DNA from: a virus
Taxonomy: Duplodnaviria > Caudoviricetes
Strand: one strand, 5' to 3'
Virus record (IMG/VR): IMGVR_UViG_3300032224_000903
Coordinates: 1-64,000 of that record
DNA: 64,000 nt
The stretch's first letter is position 1, and the number at the start of each line of letters is the position of its first letter. The translations under genes were made by a program, and so were the position numbers. Below the pieces are notes generated by a model that searched no databases, was not told the DNA's origin, and worked only from the letters and a program-made list of their open reading frames with translations. Shown here piece by piece: positions 57,950 to 64,000 of the stretch.

Positions 57950-58038
57950 TGGCGGAGAGAGTAGGATTCGAACCCACGGACCTGTTACAGTCTACAGTTT
58001 TCAAGACTGTCGCGATAGACCAACTCTGCCATCTCTCC
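57950..58038 (-). tRNA. tRNA-Ser(TGA), CCA encoded
   Basis: Cloverleaf with long variable arm; anticodon loop CTTGAAA; GGTTCGAATCC. Confidence 0.95.
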
Positions 58039-58238
58039 GTTGACACCTTTATTTATCCAACTCATAGGTGTCTTAGCTGTCCCCTTTCGGGTTAGGAATA
58101 GACCATTGGGTTACTATATTTACCCCTTATAGTAGACGGTCAATCTAAATAGAACCTTGTCCTATCATCAGTTCCATATGGTCGTCAAACCACTTCTCTT
58201 CATATTGGACATACTATTCGGTGACTAACCGAACCGTG

Positions 58239-58313
58239 TGGGAAAGTTTGGATTTGAACCAAAGACCTTTGCTTTATGAGAGCACTGCTACTAACCAACT
58301 GAGCTACATTCCC
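58239..58313 (-). tRNA. tRNA-CAT (Met or Ile2) with stem mismatches
   Basis: Anticodon loop CTCATAA; T-arm TTTGG-TTCAAAT-CCAAA; T6:T67 and G27:A43 mismatches. Confidence 0.8.
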
Positions 58314-58322
58314 TATTTGTCG

Positions 58323-58407
58323 CTGACACGGTAGGAGTCGAACCTACGGTGGATTTTACTCACCAGATTAACAGTCTGGACCATTCGGCCTCTATGGCAA
58401 CGTGTCA
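58323..58407 (-). tRNA. tRNA-Asn(GTT) with long variable arm
   Basis: Acceptor TGACACG/CGTGTCA-G; CCAGA-CTGTTAA-TCTGG; ~15-nt variable region. Confidence 0.85.
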
Positions 58408-58687
58408 TTCTATCTTCCAAAAAATTTGATTCTAATCCAACTTAAATTGCACCATCCGATTCATTGATCTGGTTGACAAAGTCCTCGATTGGATTAGTCT
58501 CAAAAAGTTACAGGTTTTTCGTACCATCTATGTACATCATAACAGATATAATCTGCGGTTACATTTTCGTATTGGGCTAATTACTCCCGACTTATAGTAA
58601 CTCTACCCTCACCGTTCTACATCTAGATTCAAACGGATCTTTTGGGATTCATAGACAGTGGGGTCACACCACCGTCGTCACCTGTTG

Positions 58688-58760
58688 AGCCTCGTTACGG
58701 ACTTGAACCGCAGACCTAATCATTACAAATGACTTGCTCTACCAACTGAGCTAACGAGGC
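58688..58760 (-). tRNA. tRNA-Thr(TGT)
   Basis: Canonical cloverleaf; anticodon loop TTTGTAA; TATCTTTG promoter 58799-58806. Confidence 0.95.
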
Positions 58761-58897
58761 TTATTTTATTTCAATATGTCAAAGAACCACTTATTTTACA
58801 AAGATAATAAATATATATGAATATACAAAATTATTTTTAATCTTTTACAAAAAACCCCCACCTTTAGGGTGAGGGTTATCAATATATCAATATATTA

Positions 58898-59680
58898 CTA
58901 TTCACTCCAATGTTTATCTCTAAGTTCATATACATCAATTGGTTCACGTTTCATATGACTTCCCTGATTGTAAAATGCACCTTTTTTCAAGAATCCACCT
59001 AAAAAGTTTCTTCTCATTCTATTTGAGTTGTTAGCTTCCGACCCGTGTACACAATGTGAGTGTAATAAAACCACTTGTCCTTTTTTTAGAATTCCTTCTA
59101 CCTTACGGAAATCGTGTCCCTCAGGCATAATACAAGGTTTACCTCTTTCATTTCTCCAAAATGATGGATTAGTTTTTGCTCTTTCCTCATCAACCTCAAT
59201 TGGTAATGTTTGTAATCTATGTGAACCTTCGTAGTTCCACACGGAACCATTACCATTGTCGTGGTTATCCAATGCTAAGGCCGTATTAATAATTTCATTG
59301 TGTTTACAACCCGTGTAAAAGGCGTTTTGGTGCATATCTCTACCTAATTGTCCTGGTGGTTTAAAATACGACCATGATTGCATTCCGTCGATTTCACCCT
59401 CCATAAGAAACTCACAAGCTTCAATAATTTTAGGATGAACATATAGTTTTGCAAGTTTATCCGATAATTTATGTGGATATGCGAATGGATCCCATTCACC
59501 CCACTCCTTACCATCGTCTGTTAATGTTCCTTTTCTCTCCTGACGTAAACGTTCAAGTTCATCATTGATTTCGTCACATTCTTCTTCTGTTAAGAGTTCT
59601 AATGTGGTAAATCCTCGGTATCTCCAATCAAATGTCATTTGTTGGATTTCCAATTCTGTAAGATGTTTAAAATTTCCCAT
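58898..59680 (-). CDS. Phytanoyl-CoA dioxygenase (PhyH) family 2OG-Fe(II) oxygenase
   Basis: YFKPPG..HQN, ALALDN, GS...GSH, HGS..N.S...RR; TATATTATA on - at 59698. Confidence 0.85.
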   Translation of the reverse strand: MGNFKHLTELEIQQMTFDWRYRGFTTLELLTEEECDEINDELERLRQERKGTLTDDGKEWGEWDPFAYPHKLSDKLAKLYVHPKIIEACEFLMEGEIDGMQSWSYFKPPGQLGRDMHQNAFYTGCKHNEIINTALALDNHDNGNGSVWNYEGSHRLQTLPIEVDEERAKTNPSFWRNERGKPCIMPEGHDFRKVEGILKKGQVVLLHSHCVHGSEANNSNRMRRNFLGGFLKKGAFYNQGSHMKREPIDVYELRDKHWSE

Positions 59681-59874
59681 AATAATTTATTTAATACTAT
59701 AATATAACATCATTTTATTATAAAACAAAATATTTGTCAAAAAATAACTCATGAGTTTCATCAGTAGTCCAATTAGAAAGTATTTATAAACAGACAAAAA
59801 ATAAACGTATCTCTCTCAAGATATTATGTATTATAATAATATGTAGTTCTAAGAGAATTTAAACTTGGAACAAC

Positions 59875-60522
59875 ATGGAAAAATTAAGAACATTATCGGT
59901 TAACATTAAAGAAAAATTAGCACAGGTATTTTTATCCTTGTTTGCTTTATGGATCATATTCGCACTTTTGTTTGCGGTTTTTATGTCTTACTTGGAATTC
60001 TCTGGTAATACTGAAATGGCTCGTGACGTATCAAATTGGATTATGTGGAGGATTGATGGTACGTTCAAGAACTCACCTGAAAATATATTGTACAAGGCTG
60101 AAGACCATATTTGGGTGGAGAGTGTTACCAATGAGGTTAAAATGGGTAAATTGGCAGGCAACAGAAATTTAGCTTTTGGTGTAAAAAATACATTGGAAGA
60201 ATTCTTACAGGAGAAGGGGTATGATTTGACACCGTCGGCTCCGTACAAATTAAAAGTTCAAATCGTTTATTTAGACGTTCTCACAACAAAAAAGAATATT
60301 TCGGTTTTTCACAAAAATGAAGAAGAAGTTGTCATTCGTATGAAAGGAATTTTATACAAGGATGGTAAGAAAGAAAAAGAACTTATGGTTGAAGAATCAT
60401 CTTCAGAAATATCCATGTCAACATTAATTGTGGACGAAGGTGGTCAATTCAATCAAACATCATTAAGTAATGCTTTGAAAAAGTCTGCTGATAAATTAAT
60501 AACCAAATTATTTGAAAAGTAA
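59875..60522 (+). CDS. Membrane-anchored CsgG/HfaB-like protein
   Basis: N-terminal TM; alpha/beta pattern HIWVESVTN..AFGVKNTLEEFL..GY; TATTTATA 59781. Confidence 0.45.
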   Translation: MEKLRTLSVNIKEKLAQVFLSLFALWIIFALLFAVFMSYLEFSGNTEMARDVSNWIMWRIDGTFKNSPENILYKAEDHIWVESVTNEVKMGKLAGNRNLAFGVKNTLEEFLQEKGYDLTPSAPYKLKVQIVYLDVLTTKKNISVFHKNEEEVVIRMKGILYKDGKKEKELMVEESSSEISMSTLIVDEGGQFNQTSLSNALKKSADKLITKLFEK

Positions 60523-60524
60523 CT

Positions 60525-62180
60525 ATGAAAAAATTATTAACTCTACTTGGAATACTAGTAATATCCATAGCCACAAATGCACAATTAACGGTCAATCAAT
60601 TAGTAACTCCTACAACAGGGTTAAAGGTTGGTGATACAGTTTCGGTAAAATATACCGTTGCGAGAGGTACAACAACTCCTCGTTATTTTTGGTTAAGATA
60701 CCAATATAACAATAAAGCACTTGCATATGTTTCAACAACGTTCTCACAAGGAACATCAGTTCAAACATTCTATACAAGTTGGTCATCTTATAAGTTTACC
60801 GCAAGTACCGCAAATAGTATTACTGCAACAAGTTTATATGATCAATATAAAGCAACACCTTGGGCGTATACCACTAACGCAGATTGGAATGTTGGGCAAT
60901 TAACAGTTCAAAGAACAGATGCATCAATCAACGGAGATATTGCAACTCAAAAATATGTAATAAAAGATTTGGGTGATTATACAAACATACACAAATTAGA
61001 TTTATCATATTCAATTGATGCAGCAGGAGCTAACATAGGACCAATTACAACTGATCCAGGTACAATGTCTTTATCAAATGTAGTTGGTAATACATCTCAA
61101 TTTAAAGTAAGAGTCTTATTCCCAACAGGTTATGATATTACAGCACATAGTGTGTCTTTAATACCATTAAAGACAACAGGTGAGATTGATTGGACGGCAC
61201 AGGCAATTGCAACTAAAACATTAGACGCAAGTGGTGAGGCAACATTTACAACCGAAGCAAAAGTAGGTGACGAATTTGCTGTATTTGTAAATGCAGCGTT
61301 ACAAAAAACATTTATGAATAATATCATTACAGTATCTGATGCGTACAAGGCTTTTTTAGGTATTACACAAGTAGACTTAACAGGAACACCAACATATTTT
61401 AACAGACCAACATTACAAAAGAATATTGGTTTGATTACAAAAGGTAAAACAACATTTAGTGAAAGTGACTCATATAATTTATTTGCAAATGTTATGGGAA
61501 TTGATGTTTCATCAACTGCTATGATTCCATCAAATGCTGCACCTGTAAATGGTGTTGTGAATTTTAAATGGTATAACGGTTTATTAAATCAAAGTTGGTT
61601 AGATGGTGTACCTACTTACAAAACAAAAGTAACATCCTCAAATCAAGCTGTAGATATGGTATTTGCTTGGGGTGGTGATTTGGATTGGTCACATTCATCC
61701 GATCCTGACGTGATTGCTGCAAGAGTTGCTGCTGGTACTTATGCTAATTCAGTAAAAGACGGTTCAACTATAAAATCATTTGCGGTAAGTTCAATGAGTT
61801 ATACTCCAACAGTTGAAAAGGCAACATTAGGATTAAACTCTACAATAGTTAATGGTAAAGTTGTATTAACAGGAACTTTAACAAAAGAAGGATTGGCGGG
61901 TTTAGAAGTAATATTACAATACGATAATACAAAATTAACATTTGATAACATTGCATTTGATGCGGGTCCAAGTGTAACTAACTTCTCAACAAACGGAGAT
62001 GGTAGATTGACATTTGGTTCTATGGATCAAAATAAGACGGCAAGAATTAAAATAGGAACACCATATAAATTAACTTTCACACCAAAAGAAACCATTACAA
62101 ATACCGCTGGTTTATTCTACACAGTTTTAGCCGATGCGGTTGATGGAAGTGGAAACAAAATCAACTTAATAGTTGAATAA
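60525..62180 (+). CDS. Secreted protein with cohesin-like Ig domains and a dockerin-like segment
   Basis: Signal peptide; RYQYNNKAL and LQYDNTKLTFD cohesin-like motifs; TVSDAY..F / ESDSY.LF helix pair. Confidence 0.6.
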   Translation: MKKLLTLLGILVISIATNAQLTVNQLVTPTTGLKVGDTVSVKYTVARGTTTPRYFWLRYQYNNKALAYVSTTFSQGTSVQTFYTSWSSYKFTASTANSITATSLYDQYKATPWAYTTNADWNVGQLTVQRTDASINGDIATQKYVIKDLGDYTNIHKLDLSYSIDAAGANIGPITTDPGTMSLSNVVGNTSQFKVRVLFPTGYDITAHSVSLIPLKTTGEIDWTAQAIATKTLDASGEATFTTEAKVGDEFAVFVNAALQKTFMNNIITVSDAYKAFLGITQVDLTGTPTYFNRPTLQKNIGLITKGKTTFSESDSYNLFANVMGIDVSSTAMIPSNAAPVNGVVNFKWYNGLLNQSWLDGVPTYKTKVTSSNQAVDMVFAWGGDLDWSHSSDPDVIAARVAAGTYANSVKDGSTIKSFAVSSMSYTPTVEKATLGLNSTIVNGKVVLTGTLTKEGLAGLEVILQYDNTKLTFDNIAFDAGPSVTNFSTNGDGRLTFGSMDQNKTARIKIGTPYKLTFTPKETITNTAGLFYTVLADAVDGSGNKINLIVE

Positions 62181-64000
62181 TGAGGAAATTACTAACAATA
62201 TTATTCTTATTCATATTTTCAATAACCTACTCCCAATCAGGTGTGGGTTATTTAAATTATACTGTTTATAACATTATAAGTAATGGGGCAGGAGCATATG
62301 CGTATAATTCAAATGATTTTGTTAATATGTTTGATGTTACAAAAGGAGCAAGTGTTCATACATCAGGTACGGCAGCAGTTAATTCTGCAATGTTAGATTT
62401 TAATGGTAGGTGGATAACAGGATTACCATATAACGGTTCATATACTGGTATTAAAATTACTGGATGGTTTGTTCCAAAAGAAACAGGAACATATCAATTT
62501 TTTATAAATGGTGATGATGCCGTTGATTTTTCATTAGATGGAAAAGTTGTAACATCTTTTTATGGTCCACATGGATTTGGTGCAAACGTAGTAGGTTCTG
62601 TTAGTTTAGTTGCTGGTAAATCATATACCTTTATGGCAAGATACCAAAACTGGTCAGGTGGTTGGGGTATGGATTTAGAATGGAAAAGACCATCACAATA
62701 TAATTGGGCTATTCAAGCGGATGAGTGTTATTCAACATCACCATCAACACCAACTAAAAAAGCAATAACTAATTTTAACTTCAATACAAATATTACACCA
62801 ACAACATTTTCAGTAGGTTCGGCATTGAGTTCGGCAGGTTCAATTGATATAACAACATTATTAGATAGTAATAAAATAAATACAGGATATAAGGCAATAA
62901 TTACACCAGGTCAAGTTGAATGGTCATATACAAATCCAAACGCAAATTGGTTAAATGGTAATAGTAGATTGTTGATTGATATGAGACAAGTTGGTGGTAT
63001 AGACCCAACTAAAATTAATAGTGTAAAAATATTTGATGCATATGAAGGTAATATGACATATACATCACATGATGCAAATGGTTGGGCAATATATACAGTA
63101 CCATCACCACTAACAAAAATAACCGATGGAACATCTGCAAATAATTCATCTATTAGAAATGTAAATGGTTGGAATACTGATTACGCATTTCAAAGTACCA
63201 TATCACTTGCAGCAACTCAATCATATAAAACACAAACAATAACCACATCAACCACAAATAACTTAACAACATTGTATAATAGTATTGTTACAGTATCTGA
63301 TGTTTATTTGGCATTTAAAGAATTAGCAAATAATGGTTTATTTGGTAATCAAAATGGTAATGAGTTTGGATATGGTATTCAGTACAAAAACGCAGATGTA
63401 AATGATGATGGTACATTTAATGAGGCTGATTGTTTTGCATTATTACAAAATTTAACAGGAGTAAAAACATTAGTGGATACATTCAACTTAAACAAAACAA
63501 TGAGAATTATACCACAAACAAAATATGATAGTATTGGTAAATCTAATTGGACAACATTTACAACGCCATTAGGGAGTTCTTATTCATTTGATATTAACAC
63601 AGGTAAATCAACCGACACATTAAATTTAGCGGTGGCTTGGAAAGGTGATGTTAACTTATCTCATTCAACAACACCGAAGTCAAACAATTTAACATCAATG
63701 TCGTTAAGATCAATGAGTATTAGTAATGAAATCAACGCATCTATAATGACAGAAGTAATTGGAGATAGTGTTTATGCATATATTACATTAGACCCATTAG
63801 GACAAAATTTAATGGGTGCACAATTTCAATTAAAATACGATAATTCAGTATTAAAATATAATAGAGTAAAATTTATAACAAAAGGTTCACCTACAAATTG
63901 GGGTGTAGATAATGATGGGTTTGTTGGTTTAGGTTCATTAATTACGGGTAGTAGTTCATCATTGGATAATACAACTCAATATATTATATCGTTTACCGCA
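62180..64000 (+). CDS. Secreted PA14 + dockerin-like + cohesin-like protein (3' truncated; not in track)
   Basis: MRKLLTILFLFIFSITYSQ; TGWFVPKETGTYQF.INGDDA PA14 motif; NADVNDDGTFNEAD; QFQLKYDNSVL. Confidence 0.75.
   Translation, partial: MRKLLTILFLFIFSITYSQSGVGYLNYTVYNIISNGAGAYAYNSNDFVNMFDVTKGASVHTSGTAAVNSAMLDFNGRWITGLPYNGSYTGIKITGWFVPKETGTYQFFINGDDAVDFSLDGKVVTSFYGPHGFGANVVGSVSLVAGKSYTFMARYQNWSGGWGMDLEWKRPSQYNWAIQADECYSTSPSTPTKKAITNFNFNTNITPTTFSVGSALSSAGSIDITTLLDSNKINTGYKAIITPGQVEWSYTNPNANWLNGNSRLLIDMRQVGGIDPTKINSVKIFDAYEGNMTYTSHDANGWAIYTVPSPLTKITDGTSANNSSIRNVNGWNTDYAFQSTISLAATQSYKTQTITTSTTNNLTTLYNSIVTVSDVYLAFKELANNGLFGNQNGNEFGYGIQYKNADVNDDGTFNEADCFALLQNLTGVKTLVDTFNLNKTMRIIPQTKYDSIGKSNWTTFTTPLGSSYSFDINTGKSTDTLNLAVAWKGDVNLSHSTTPKSNNLTSMSLRSMSISNEINASIMTEVIGDSVYAYITLDPLGQNLMGAQFQLKYDNSVLKYNRVKFITKGSPTNWGVDNDGFVGLGSLITGSSSSLDNTTQYIISFTA

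Noticed and set aside
57945-58690. tRNA-associated theta (HDV-like) ribozymes
   Set aside because: No nested double-pseudoknot pattern could be fitted by eye directly after any tRNA 3' end

Overview
A 64 kb segment of a very AT-rich large (jumbo-type) tailed phage genome, most likely infecting a Bacteroidota host. The host call rests on about ten TAnnTTTG (-7) promoter motifs, A-rich non-Shine-Dalgarno starts and Bacteroidota-style signal and lipoprotein peptides; the phage call rests on a GH19 endolysin, tmRNA and tRNAs. No terminase, capsid or polymerase gene is recognisable here. From left to right: (1) an early-type minus-strand region with two non-coding repeat islands (TGCCAAACAA), two perfect DnaA boxes and a G/C-tract strand-switch zone; (2) a long accessory region of about 23 unrelated cargo proteins sharing short N-terminal (sometimes C-terminal or internal) tags that end in I/L-x-E, nearly all behind a TATTTATA promoter-like motif. 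Some sit in repeat-bounded single-gene cassettes. Cargo includes three Zn-repeat PD-(D/E)XK nucleases, HExxH peptidases, a glucosaminidase, ART-like and alpha/beta-hydrolase domains and membrane-inserting proteins. (3) Carbohydrate genes: ADP-heptose hldD and hldA-like, an SGNH family, and a GT60-GT4-GT4-FkbM-GT25-GT11-glf cluster. (4) An RNA-gene region: tmRNA with a 21-aa tag, an ORF-free ~950 nt GOLLD-like structured RNA candidate, four tRNAs (one Asn tRNA on a long-variable-arm scaffold) and several small structured RNA candidates. (5) A secreted CsgG-like + cohesin/dockerin-like + PA14 operon running off the right end. The strongest novel-system candidate is the tag + late-promoter + cassette arrangement, inferred to be a modular capsid-loading cargo system analogous to T4 internal proteins. 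All family calls come from motif recognition by eye; no database search was run.
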